Positions 28,898 through 38,246 of a stretch of 64,000 nt of DNA are shown in pieces. The position numbers and the translations under genes are program-made. This stretch comes from a virus (taxonomy: Duplodnaviria > Caudoviricetes), in IMG/VR virus record IMGVR_UViG_3300029906_000008, positions 1-64,000 of that record. One strand, written 5' to 3'. Below the pieces are notes generated by a model that saw only the letters and a program-made list of their open reading frames with translations, was not told where the DNA came from and made no database searches. Within the stretch, counting starts at the first letter, position 1, and every line of letters starts with the position of its first letter.

Positions 28898-29276
28898 GGA
28901 CCTGTCTCATCTCGTCAAGAGCCTTTGCGTCCTCCGCCTCCGTATGCCTCACCGCATGGCGCGAGGCCCATGCGTCAAGGGCGCGGGTCACATCGGTCAT
29001 GAGCACCGCATCCGGAGCGATGGAGCACACCGCATACATGTTGGCGAGCATGGCCGAGACGAAGCTCTCCAGAGGCGGATTGACCTGCTCCGTACCCGCA
29101 AGCGATATCAGCTCGTCGAGCAGGGCGTACATAGCCGCGCCCGAGCGCACCGTCATGTCCCAGTTCAACGACACGGTCGACACCCTTATCTCCGGTATGC
29201 CGTGCGCAGTCTTTCCCGAGGGAATTCTTCTAATCACGAAGTTCCCCATCTGAATCCTGTTCTTTCCCATTTTCAT
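28887..29276 (-). CDS. Hypothetical protein
   Basis: 129 aa, overlapping start/stop with neighbours. Confidence 0.55.
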   Translation of the reverse strand: MKMGKNRIQMGNFVIRRIPSGKTAHGIPEIRVSTVSLNWDMTVRSGAAMYALLDELISLAGTEQVNPPLESFVSAMLANMYAVCSIAPDAVLMTDVTRALDAWASRHAVRHTEAEDAKALDEMRQVHGQ

Positions 29277-29817
29277 CAGTATTTTCCTTGATTCTGTTCT
29301 TCTGGATCTCTATGAGCCTTTCCCTATAAAGGGGGCAGTTGTCCACGCATACCGCCGGGATGTATATCATCACGTTCCTGCTGTCGGACACGTTGCCGGT
29401 ATCCTGCTTCATGTACGAGAGAAGCGTGGAGGTGTATTTGAGCCACATCTCGTCATCTCCGTCCTCCTCGGCCTTGCGCTGCTTGGCCTCCAGCTCGCGG
29501 CGCAGCACGGCGAAGTCCTTCATGGGGGCGTCCGGGTCCACTGTCACGGACGCGGTGGCCGCTGCCGCCTCCCTGCGCTCGGTGTCCTTCATCTCTACGT
29601 ACGACTCCACGTCCTTGCGCTGCCAGAACAGCCTCGTCCTGGAGGCCCATGTAGCGGCCGTCCACACGGGAGTCTCCTCCAGAGCCAGCTCGAAAGCCTG
29701 CCTGCGCGAGCCTTTCTCATCCCTGTTGGCGAGATATGCGTCAAGGGCGTACCGCTCCCTGCGCGAGAGTGTCGAGCACAGTGCCGACAGTTCCTTTATC
29801 CTCTGCGATGCGTTCAT
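29230..29817 (-). CDS. Putative terminase small subunit
   Basis: N-terminal HTH-like 'LSRRERYALDAYL...RRQAFELA', then coiled coil. Confidence 0.4.
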   Translation of the reverse strand: MNASQRIKELSALCSTLSRRERYALDAYLANRDEKGSRRQAFELALEETPVWTAATWASRTRLFWQRKDVESYVEMKDTERREAAAATASVTVDPDAPMKDFAVLRRELEAKQRKAEEDGDDEMWLKYTSTLLSYMKQDTGNVSDSRNVMIYIPAVCVDNCPLYRERLIEIQKNRIKENTDENGKEQDSDGELRD

Positions 29818-29818
29818 A

Positions 29819-31270
29819 TCACCATTGTCTTATCCTGCCATACACCAGATACTGCACAGCCCCGCTGCCGTCGGAAGCACGCTTGCGCCTGAATCCGGCT
29901 GCGGTAAGCCCGCGTCCTATCGACGTGTTCGATGCCCTGTCGGTCTTCACGCCCTTGTAGTCCGCCCATCTGCGGAACTGCTCCGCCACCGTCTGCACTG
30001 ACAGCAGCAGCGGCTTCCCGTCATCATCCACGGGGTCGGGCCGGTAGCGGCTGTCGCTGACGAACATCGAGAACACGTCATTGCCGGCGGAGCGGCCGCG
30101 CTCCATGTCCGACACTACCTTCTCCATGGCCTCGGAGCGGGTGAACACCCAGTTGTTCTCCCTGAGTCTGAGCATTCCGCGCATTATCCAGTTGAGTATG
30201 CCGGGATACTCTGGGCGCAGCCTGTCCGAAAGGCTTACGTCCATCTCGGCGGCGGGTATGCTCACGGTGAAGGGGTATATGGCCATCCTGCGGGCTATGG
30301 CCTTGAAGGAGTTGCTTATCCTCGGCAGCTCGTTGACGTTGCCGAAGAGCATGGGAAGGTCGTAGACCGTCTCGGGGGACGAGTAGACCGCGCGTCCCAT
30401 CTGCGGCTCCATGGATATCAGAGCCTTGACATTGGGGTTGTTTATGGCCCTCGACGTTATCTCAGTGCAGTAGTTGAGCAGCTTGCCCGCTATGTGCTTG
30501 ATGTTCTTGTCGCGGTCTCCGCCCGTGGACAGGTCCTTGAGGTCGAAGTGCGAGACATTGCCGCGCCCCACGACGTTTATCAGGGTCTCGGCGAAGGTGC
30601 TCTTGCCGTTGCCGCCCGGCCCCCACAGCACGCCCATCTTCTCTATCCTGTACCTGGCCCTGTCCACGAATATGCATCCGCACAGCTCCTGGAGGTTCAT
30701 CCTCGTATTCTCGTCGGGAAGCACCCTTGCCAGGAACCTCTCGAACACCCTGCATGCGGCATTGGGGTCGTACGCGTACGGCATCTCGAAGAATGTAATG
30801 TGCCCGGGGGAGTGCTCCATGAGTGTAAACGTGCCGTCCTCTGACGGGGAGGAGAAGTCAACCACGCCGTTCCAGAAGCACAGCAGGGAATGCCCGGCCC
30901 TCTGACGGTCGACGGTCAGGTCCTGCGCCTTGCTCCATGCGTATCTCTTTATCATGTCCCACAGCGGAACTATGAGCTGATGCTCCTCGCACAGCGACTC
31001 AATGACATTGTCGAAGTCACTGTGGGGCAAAGGGGAGTAATAGCGTCCGTTGTAGACATACACGCCCGAGCCGCAGCGTATGACCCCTGCCTTCTCCACG
31101 GCCTGCCTGAAAGCCATGACTATATCGTTGCGCTCCTGCGATGAGTAGCGCACCCTGAGCCTTAGCACCGGACATCTGGACAGCGTCCTGCGCATGCCCG
31201 CCGCAAGCATTTCCTTGACCTGAGCCACATCCGGACTCCACGGCCCGCATTCCTTCTTCTTTGCCCCCAT
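29819..31270 (-). CDS. SF3 helicase (D5/P4 primase-helicase C-terminal type)
   Basis: D5_N-like 'FWNGVVD...HSP.HITF', Walker A 'GPGGNGKST', 'KLLNYCTE' and 'AIARRM' motifs. Confidence 0.85.
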   Translation of the reverse strand: MGAKKKECGPWSPDVAQVKEMLAAGMRRTLSRCPVLRLRVRYSSQERNDIVMAFRQAVEKAGVIRCGSGVYVYNGRYYSPLPHSDFDNVIESLCEEHQLIVPLWDMIKRYAWSKAQDLTVDRQRAGHSLLCFWNGVVDFSSPSEDGTFTLMEHSPGHITFFEMPYAYDPNAACRVFERFLARVLPDENTRMNLQELCGCIFVDRARYRIEKMGVLWGPGGNGKSTFAETLINVVGRGNVSHFDLKDLSTGGDRDKNIKHIAGKLLNYCTEITSRAINNPNVKALISMEPQMGRAVYSSPETVYDLPMLFGNVNELPRISNSFKAIARRMAIYPFTVSIPAAEMDVSLSDRLRPEYPGILNWIMRGMLRLRENNWVFTRSEAMEKVVSDMERGRSAGNDVFSMFVSDSRYRPDPVDDDGKPLLLSVQTVAEQFRRWADYKGVKTDRASNTSIGRGLTAAGFRRKRASDGSGAVQYLVYGRIRQW

Positions 31271-31447
31271 ATCTTTACATATTTACACCCAAAAATGTCA
31301 ATCAACTTGTAAACACACCTTATATATTAATATTTACATATTTACAGGATGAACATTATAATACCCTGCCCTCACTTGGGTCTGATAACATATTGTCCGC
31401 AAGGTTTTATTCTTTATCTTGTAAAGTGTAAACAATCCCCATAACTG

Positions 31448-31455
31448 CAAATATA
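31448..31455 (-). promoter_or_regulatory. -7 promoter element for the helicase operon
   Basis: TATATTTG on the minus strand upstream of the SF3 helicase gene. Confidence 0.45.
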
Positions 31456-32125
31456 GTGATTTTCATCCATAATACAATATAATATTCTGATTATTCGCGC
31501 ATATTCCCGCGCACGCATACGCATATGTGCCCGTAAATGACTTTCAGCCAATATTATTCCATGCCCCGGCATTCATTCCATACCGCTCTCCACGAAGCCC
31601 GCCTTACGCCTGTTCTTCATATCCATACATCAGTGATTGTGATGAATCCGGACATTGTTCTGTACAAAAACACGTCATTTGTGGGTGAATGTTTCTGTTT
31701 GGAAAATTAAAATTTTAAAAAATAAAATTGGGAAGCTACTTTAGAGAATATTCCTTTTCCCCGAAGGGGGGCTATCCCCCTGTGTATCAATGAGTTACAT
31801 ATGGGGGTGTGTTTGTTTATGAATATAACCGGACATTGTGCCGGAAATTGTTAGTTATGCTTCCGAAACTCGTTTTATTCTCCCTTCTCCTTCTCCCTCT
31901 TCCGCTCTTCCTTTCCTCAATTATTTGCCAATCAAAACCAACTCCCCATGCAGACCGAGAACACATGCCCTAACTATTTTCATACGGCAAAGTTGTTGCC
32001 TGTATATACTGATAGTGTTTCTAAAGCCTTAAAATCGGCCTTTATCAAGGCGTTTATTTATATTTAAAATTACTTGTAAAAATACATTCTTTGAGGTATA
32101 AATATCTGGTAGTCAGTAATTTATT

Positions 32126-32156
32126 TTTGCTATATAGAAAAAGTTTTGTATATTTG
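32126..32156 (+). promoter_or_regulatory. Early promoter
   Basis: TTTG, 19 nt spacer, TATATTTG. Confidence 0.7.
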
Positions 32157-32225
32157 CATATCGAAAGAAAAGAAAATAATCATTTAGAACTGGAGCGCAA
32201 CCAGCCTAAAAATTGCAACAAAGTT

Positions 32226-32867
32226 ATGACAACAACCAATGCCCCCGCCACCACTCTGACAGCTGAAAATTTCAAGCTGGATTTAGGATGTTTTGAGTAC
32301 AACGGCAAAGCCATTGAGGTAACAAACAAGATTACCGGCTTTGGTTCAGGCAAAAAGACCGTTTACACCGGCACTATTGACGGCGCCGCCTTTGAGAACT
32401 GGGATGTATGCCGAATCAAAAAGACTTTAGGCATCCTTGTTTCGGGAACTGCCAAAGGCGGCGCAAGCATCCGCGTAATGTCTGACGACGAGGCCGCCGC
32501 GCTGATAGAGGCCGAAAGCAACCGCGCCGCCGCGCTGGTTGAGGGACTGAACAAGTTCCTAGGCAAGTATGACGCGGCAATAGAAGTAGACTTGCAAGCA
32601 TTGAGCACTGCAATTGCCGACACCATTACGGCCAAAGTTGCCGCCGCCCGTGCTGCAAAGGCAGAAGCCGAAAGAGTTGCAGCCGAAAAGGCAGCGGAAA
32701 AAGCAGCAAAAGAGGCTTTGAAAGAGGCAAAAGCAGCGGATAAAGTCAGGGCCGCAAAGGTGGCCCATGCTTCAGACTTGCAGAAGCAGATGATGGATGC
32801 TGTCCTGGCCGGGGATTTCGCAAAGCTGGCAGAACTTCAGAAGTTAGCCGCTGAACAGGCCGCCTAA
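32226..32867 (+). CDS. Hypothetical protein with Ala/Lys/Glu-rich helical C-terminus
   Basis: Likely start ATG 32226, after the promoter and an A-rich leader. Confidence 0.7.
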   Translation: MTTTNAPATTLTAENFKLDLGCFEYNGKAIEVTNKITGFGSGKKTVYTGTIDGAAFENWDVCRIKKTLGILVSGTAKGGASIRVMSDDEAAALIEAESNRAAALVEGLNKFLGKYDAAIEVDLQALSTAIADTITAKVAAARAAKAEAERVAAEKAAEKAAKEALKEAKAADKVRAAKVAHASDLQKQMMDAVLAGDFAKLAELQKLAAEQAA

Positions 32868-32878
32868 AGGCATTAAAA

Positions 32879-32933
32879 GGGCTGCAAGGGTTAAAGGCCC
32901 TGCAATGAGTTCAAGCCTCAAAGCAGCCCCCAA
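32879..32933 (+). ncRNA. tRNA-like mini-cloverleaf element
   Basis: GGGCTGC/GCAGCCC closing stem, AGGG/CCCT arm, TGAG-TTCAAGC-CTCA T-loop arm, 3' CCAA. Confidence 0.45.
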
Positions 32934-32979
32934 TTTAATTTTAGACGTGGAGACACCACGGTAAAAACTGCCTGAAAAA

Positions 32980-33300
32980 ATGAAAGCAACATTTATCTAC
33001 AATGACGGATTTGACACCCGGCGAAAATTGGCAAACAGGGTACTAAAAGCCCTGTCCGATATTCAGGAGTATGACAACGGGACTATACGTAATCCCGTAG
33101 AGCTTGCAAGCTCCGTTATGCCGGACGGGCGGACACTCATCGAAACCGTCTACGAAGATGGCGAAATCGATTACAACGACGGATGGTATGTCGTTGAAGT
33201 CAATGATTTTCACATCTACGTAGACTTCACCGGCATTGCTACCAGTCAAATGGGGCTTTCCAACTATACTTACATCACTAATATAGAATTCGAAAACTAA
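32980..33300 (+). CDS. Hypothetical acidic protein
   Basis: 106 aa ORF in the early cluster. Confidence 0.65.
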   Translation: MKATFIYNDGFDTRRKLANRVLKALSDIQEYDNGTIRNPVELASSVMPDGRTLIETVYEDGEIDYNDGWYVVEVNDFHIYVDFTGIATSQMGLSNYTYITNIEFEN

Positions 33301-33421
33301 CTTACTGAGATGTTTATAACCATTGTATTTGCGTTTTTCATCATCGTTGCCCTGGCTGACCTTGTGCCGGGCACGATGATGATAGTAAAAATATTAATGA
33401 ACGATTTAAGATTATCCAACC

Positions 33422-33889
33422 ATGAAAACAGTAGGAAAAATAACAAATAGATATGATTCTGCGATGAGGTTTTCCATAGTAGCTGAACGGAATGAGACCT
33501 ACCGAACGAGCGACAGCGTGACATCCTCCATAGATGCCGAACGAGTTGCAAGAAGTATTTTTCAGCAGACGGACATCTACGAGGAGATGTATATACTTCT
33601 GCTGAACCGGGCAAACAAGGTAATAGGGCACGCACGGATTTCGCAGGGCGGAACAACGAGCACAGTGTGTGACCCGAAATTAATAGCATTTTATGCTATA
33701 AATTCACTTGCATCCGGTGTAATCATGGTACACAACCACCCGAGCGGCAACCCGCAGCCGTCCGGACCTGACATCCGGACAACAAAAAAAGTGCGTGACG
33801 CAGTCCGGCTGCTGGACGTCAATCTACTGGACCATCTGATACTGACGCACGACAGATGTCTCAGTATGCAAGACGAATGTCTGATGTAA
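33422..33889 (+). CDS. radC: RadC-like JAB-domain protein
   Basis: 'EEMYILLLNRAN' and 'HNHPSGNPQPSGPD' JAB motif. Confidence 0.9.
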   Translation: MKTVGKITNRYDSAMRFSIVAERNETYRTSDSVTSSIDAERVARSIFQQTDIYEEMYILLLNRANKVIGHARISQGGTTSTVCDPKLIAFYAINSLASGVIMVHNHPSGNPQPSGPDIRTTKKVRDAVRLLDVNLLDHLILTHDRCLSMQDECLM

Positions 33890-33896
33890 CAAGAAT

Positions 33897-33940
33897 GGCC
33901 CGCACGGCGGACGGATTCGGGGAGCGACACCCCGGCGGGC
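33897..33940 (+). ncRNA. tRNA-like minihelix element
   Basis: GGCCCGC/GCGGGCC stem with a CGGG-GAGCGACA-CCCG arm. Confidence 0.4.
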
Positions 33941-34239
33941 CGCGAATTTTAAATATCTGAGTTATGACATTCACGACAATCGAAAGACATCCCTTACGTA
34001 ACTGCTAGATGCTTTACTGCAAGGCGACATGCATACCGCCCTATTTCGGCACTTTGCAGGAGTGCAAAAAGGCTCAAAAAATATTTGAGTTAAAACTGAA
34101 TGAAGAATATAAAAGGATGTCGAAAAGCAAGCAACGTGAAATTATTGACATCTTAAACAACTAAAGCCTGAGTGGCTGCATTCAGGCGACATAGATGAAT
34201 ATGAATACGAGATGTGCAAATAATTAAAAACTAAATATT

Positions 34240-35382
34240 ATGACAGAGATAAAATTAGAAGTATCAGGCCCGATGCAGATGAATTGGGAAACGGGCGAAC
34301 TGGAGCCTCTGGCGGTGGCTCCCAAACTCCAGAGAGGACAGAAAATATATGCTTTCGGATATGCGATGGCTCAGCAGATTTTCGCGGTAGTCAATCCGGA
34401 TTTATACGAGATTGTGGAAGTAGGCAGCCCGGATGATGTAAACGAATATTCTTTGGAACGTTATTTCAGCCCTATATCACATTATGACAAATACATCAAG
34501 CCTGTCTCAAAGCAATTCGGCATCGGGTTTTACTATGCCGAGAACGAGCCGATTTTCAGCGAGGATGTAATAAAAGCATCCTTACAGAGGGCTGAGCTCA
34601 TTGAAAAGATGAGAGATGAGAGAGAAAAGGCGGCAGAGGACGCAAGCCGGAAAAATAAGGATGAGCTGCGGAAGAAATACAGTTTCCTCACCGTGTGGGA
34701 TGGAGAATGGAGAACGAGGTACAAGACGGCATCCGGAAACCTGCGCGAGCTATTGAAAAGGAATTTTCCCGGCGTAAAGTTCTCAGTAAGGAAAGATGGT
34801 TCCGGAGATACTGTTAATATCACATGGACTGACGGCCCCACGCGCAAAATGGTGGATGAGATAGCCGGACAGTTTGAGGGCCGCAGATTCAACGGGATGG
34901 AGGACTGCGAGGAGATAGTCACATCCGACTTTATGGACTTGTTCGGCTCTTTGGGGTACATTTTTACCGAACGGGAGTACAGCGAATCCGTCATGGAGCG
35001 CGAGAGGATGAAAGTCATTGAGGATTATCCGTTGCTTGCTGACGAAAAGGATCATAATCGGAATGAATTTGAAAGCATAAAGGCTTCCGAGGCAGGGATA
35101 AATTATTGGTTCAGCCTAAACTCAGTTATCAGGCATCGCTTATGGGAAATAGATTTGACCGAACGGCCCGCCAAAACCAAAATAGGTAACTTAATTACAG
35201 CCGTGGGTCTTACCGTCATAGATTACTCCGACAAATCAATAGCCGTAATTGGCGATACGAAAGCCGTAAAGGACAGATTAAAGGAGATGGGCGGACGGTT
35301 CAACGCCAAATTGTCCTGCGGTCCGGGATGGATTTTCAGCAAAAGTAAAAAAGATGAGATAACGACAGCCTTTGGGCTGTAA
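34240..35382 (+). CDS. LPD29-like polyvalent-protein domain protein
   Basis: 'LKRNFPGVKFSVR...VNITWTDGPT...FEGRRFNGMED' plus C-terminal 'DYSDKSIAVIGDTKAVKDRLKEMGGRFN' domain. Confidence 0.65.
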   Translation: MTEIKLEVSGPMQMNWETGELEPLAVAPKLQRGQKIYAFGYAMAQQIFAVVNPDLYEIVEVGSPDDVNEYSLERYFSPISHYDKYIKPVSKQFGIGFYYAENEPIFSEDVIKASLQRAELIEKMRDEREKAAEDASRKNKDELRKKYSFLTVWDGEWRTRYKTASGNLRELLKRNFPGVKFSVRKDGSGDTVNITWTDGPTRKMVDEIAGQFEGRRFNGMEDCEEIVTSDFMDLFGSLGYIFTEREYSESVMERERMKVIEDYPLLADEKDHNRNEFESIKASEAGINYWFSLNSVIRHRLWEIDLTERPAKTKIGNLITAVGLTVIDYSDKSIAVIGDTKAVKDRLKEMGGRFNAKLSCGPGWIFSKSKKDEITTAFGL

Positions 35383-35402
35383 TCTGCCAACTCATTACAT
35401 TA

Positions 35403-35453
35403 TCCCCGCTCCGGCAGTCCGGCACATCTGAGCGACACAGAGGCGGGGAGCAA
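35403..35453 (+). ncRNA. tRNA-like minihelix element
   Basis: TCCCCGCT/GGCGGGGA stem, TCTG-AGCGACA-CAGA arm, 3' GCAA. Confidence 0.45.
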
Positions 35454-35461
35454 TATCAACA

Positions 35462-36121
35462 ATGATTCAAATCATGAAAACAGAAAGCATTTCAATCATC
35501 GCATCCATCCTCCAGAAAGAGGATGTAGAGAAACACATTAAGGACCAGTTGATGCAGGTTCTCCGCATCGAAAACGAGGAGAGCGCATCCAAGCAGCGCA
35601 AATTCAACCTGTGGGATTGCGTAGACAAATCAGGAATGCGTCCTGTTATGTCCTGCATATTCCACGACGGCGGCTTTAAGGTAGCATCGGAAGGGCATTA
35701 TCTTGTTGCTGTAAAAGATGAGTATCCTGAGACATTCGAGGGTAAATGCCTGCGTAAGGATGGGGAATTTGTAGACGGAGTATATCCTTGCTGGAAATCC
35801 CTATGTAGATTGGAGCGGTTTAACAGCTTTAGCGATGTGTTCAACCTGGACCGTGCGCGGGATATTGTGAAGGAGTTCAGGACGGACAAAAAGACGAAGA
35901 TTTATATCGGGTTCTTTGTAAAGATGTTTGACAGATACATCCTTGCGGAGCATTTTGAAATGATGACACGCTTTGCGTCCATGTATCATGATGAGGTAAA
36001 GGTGTTCAGACATTCCGAGGAATATGTTATACCTCTAATGCTCTCTCATGTAGATGATTTGTTCCTTGTGATGCCGAGACGGAAACCGGATTCTGATACT
36101 ATCAAAGTGTATGAATATTAA
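35462..36121 (+). CDS. Hypothetical protein (possible sliding-clamp-like fold)
   Basis: 'RPVMSCIFHDGGFKVASEGHYL' and 'GVYPCWKSL' loosely resemble beta-clamp motifs. Confidence 0.4.
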   Translation: MIQIMKTESISIIASILQKEDVEKHIKDQLMQVLRIENEESASKQRKFNLWDCVDKSGMRPVMSCIFHDGGFKVASEGHYLVAVKDEYPETFEGKCLRKDGEFVDGVYPCWKSLCRLERFNSFSDVFNLDRARDIVKEFRTDKKTKIYIGFFVKMFDRYILAEHFEMMTRFASMYHDEVKVFRHSEEYVIPLMLSHVDDLFLVMPRRKPDSDTIKVYEY

Positions 36122-36126
36122 AAATA

Positions 36127-36444
36127 ATGTTTAATTTTAAGGCGTATTTCGATATGGTAAACGTTGAGATAAGAAAATCATCCGGCAGGTTTTACCGGAT
36201 ACTGAATATAATAGACATCCTGGAGCAGCACGGCTACGGGATGTCGGAGATAGTGCACAGCCCCATAGATTTTGAGGAATGCACATATTCCGAGAGTTTT
36301 GTCTACGCCCTTGAAAAAGGGCTGAGGCCGGACATCCATAGGGTTCAGGAAAATGCAGATAGGGAATTTCCCGGCAGCGAGTGGCATCATTTCGAGATGG
36401 ACGGTAAGATGTACAGGATGTATTTTGAGGAGGTGGAGCTATGA
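36127..36444 (+). CDS. Hypothetical protein
   Basis: 105 aa ORF, coupled to the next gene. Confidence 0.55.
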   Translation: MFNFKAYFDMVNVEIRKSSGRFYRILNIIDILEQHGYGMSEIVHSPIDFEECTYSESFVYALEKGLRPDIHRVQENADREFPGSEWHHFEMDGKMYRMYFEEVEL

Positions 36445-37274
36445 GACTGGGCGAGGCTATAAGGATTCAGAAGCCGGAGCTGCCCTCCGTGGCCGTGGCT
36501 GTGGAGGAGTGCTTCCGTGGCGACATCTCCCTTGCCGAGTTCGGAAAGCCCGAGATGTCACAACTGCGCAAATACATATCCGGCAGGATGTGTCAGAACT
36601 CCGCAAGGGTGTATCTGGCCAACATCAAGGCGGTGCTGAACATCTACAAGGACGAGGGAGAACTGAAATGCAAGGATTTTGACCTGCTTACGGTAAAATC
36701 CGAGGCAACGGTATCGGTATTCCTCGATACTGACGAGCTGAGACTGCTGGAAAAGTATATGAGAAAATGCAGCGCGTATGAGAAATTCTACATCCTGCAT
36801 TTCCTCTGCTCGGCCTACACCGGATGCAGGGTGTCCGATGTAAGAGGGCTGAGCCGGGCGAGCATACGGAAAGGGATGCTGGCCTATGTGTCGGAAAAGA
36901 CAGGCATCAAGGCCGAGGTTCCGGCCAAGAAAGGGCTGAAAACATGGCTGGAGCTTATTGAAACGGCTGAGATGTCCCGCTTTGAGTTCTCCCTGACCAT
37001 ATATAACCGCCTGATAAAGCAGGTATGCCGTAAGGCGGGAATAGATGCTGTGGTGTCGGTACACAAGGCCGGAAAGACCTCGGAGGGGCCTAAATGGCAG
37101 TACGTGTCCAGTCACACGGCAAGGCGGTCATTCGCCACGAACCTGTATCTTGCAGGACTGGACTTGTACTCTATCGGCAAGATGATGGGACATACATCCA
37201 CGGAAATGACACAGAGATACATCTGCTGCGGACTCAGGGAGCTCAGCCCGGAAGTGATGAGATATTTTGAGTAA
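36441..37274 (+). CDS. Tyrosine recombinase lacking an arm-binding domain
   Basis: 'YTGCRVSD', 'SSHTARRSFATNLY', 'MMGHTSTEMTQRY' catalytic motifs. Confidence 0.92.
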   Translation: MRLGEAIRIQKPELPSVAVAVEECFRGDISLAEFGKPEMSQLRKYISGRMCQNSARVYLANIKAVLNIYKDEGELKCKDFDLLTVKSEATVSVFLDTDELRLLEKYMRKCSAYEKFYILHFLCSAYTGCRVSDVRGLSRASIRKGMLAYVSEKTGIKAEVPAKKGLKTWLELIETAEMSRFEFSLTIYNRLIKQVCRKAGIDAVVSVHKAGKTSEGPKWQYVSSHTARRSFATNLYLAGLDLYSIGKMMGHTSTEMTQRYICCGLRELSPEVMRYFE

Positions 37275-37300
37275 TAATCAACAATTTAAAATTTAAAATT

Positions 37301-37573
37301 ATGGAACAGAAACTTATTGATTTTGTATTAAGCAACGATTTCGCATGGGTTTACGGAGCCGGCATAATGTACGCCAATACTCCCGAAGAAAGGGAAAATG
37401 TAGCAGGACTACTCCAGGAGGACGGAGTAATGATAAAGGAAATACCCCATGAGGACATAGAAGAGGAAGGCTGCGGATGCGCGGAACTCTCTGAGGAAGC
37501 CGAAAGAGGATGCCGCATCTTCAAGGCATGGAAATGGAATCAGGAGCCTTTTTACATCGCCTACTATGAATAA
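37301..37573 (+). CDS. Hypothetical protein
   Basis: 90 aa with an AT-rich leader. Confidence 0.55.
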   Translation: MEQKLIDFVLSNDFAWVYGAGIMYANTPEERENVAGLLQEDGVMIKEIPHEDIEEEGCGCAELSEEAERGCRIFKAWKWNQEPFYIAYYE

Positions 37574-37832
37574 AGACTGGCGCATAGAAGCGCACAGGGA
37601 GTTCCGCGAGCGGAACGGCATGGAGCCGGAAGCAAGCAAGGGATGGAAAGACGGAGTTATGGCTGGTGCTGTGATAGTATTTATCATCGGAGTAATACTT
37701 TCATTTGTCATTCCCAACCACGTGCCTATGGGGACGTTCTGGTACGTGGCATCGTGGACGATACCAGTGTTACTGATGCTTGCATACGGCATCGTCCTGA
37801 ACATTATAATGTCATTGAAAAACAAAAAATAG
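37566..37832 (+). CDS. Two-TM membrane protein
   Basis: Two hydrophobic segments. Confidence 0.55.
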   Translation: MNKDWRIEAHREFRERNGMEPEASKGWKDGVMAGAVIVFIIGVILSFVIPNHVPMGTFWYVASWTIPVLLMLAYGIVLNIIMSLKNKK

Positions 37833-38246
37833 ATGAGCAGATTTGAACTAAAGAATGAGGCCGGAGACACATGGGTTTTGACAGATACCGTCTCCGGAAT
37901 CTCGCTCCGCTTCAAGGAGCACGAACTGAACGAGACGCAGCAGGTGTCCATACCGGATTCCTTTCCGGCAGACCCAGTGAGGGCATCGAGGATAATGCGT
38001 TCGATGGGGGAATATATGTTCACCTACCATTACTCAATTGCATTCCCTGTGCCCAAATTTGAAATAAAACCGGATGAGGAGACGGGAAAACTGACAGTCA
38101 TAAGGCACACTCCGCCGAGATTCAAAATAATATTCGAGGATGAATGTGACCTGCGCAAGGCCGTCCAGAAAGTAAAGGCCGCAGCGGCATTCATGCAGGG
38201 ATATGAGCACCGCCGCAGGGCCATGCTGGGTGAGGACGAGGATTAA
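37833..38246 (+). CDS. Hypothetical protein
   Basis: 137 aa, last gene of the early cluster, convergent with int. Confidence 0.55.
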   Translation: MSRFELKNEAGDTWVLTDTVSGISLRFKEHELNETQQVSIPDSFPADPVRASRIMRSMGEYMFTYHYSIAFPVPKFEIKPDEETGKLTVIRHTPPRFKIIFEDECDLRKAVQKVKAAAAFMQGYEHRRRAMLGEDED

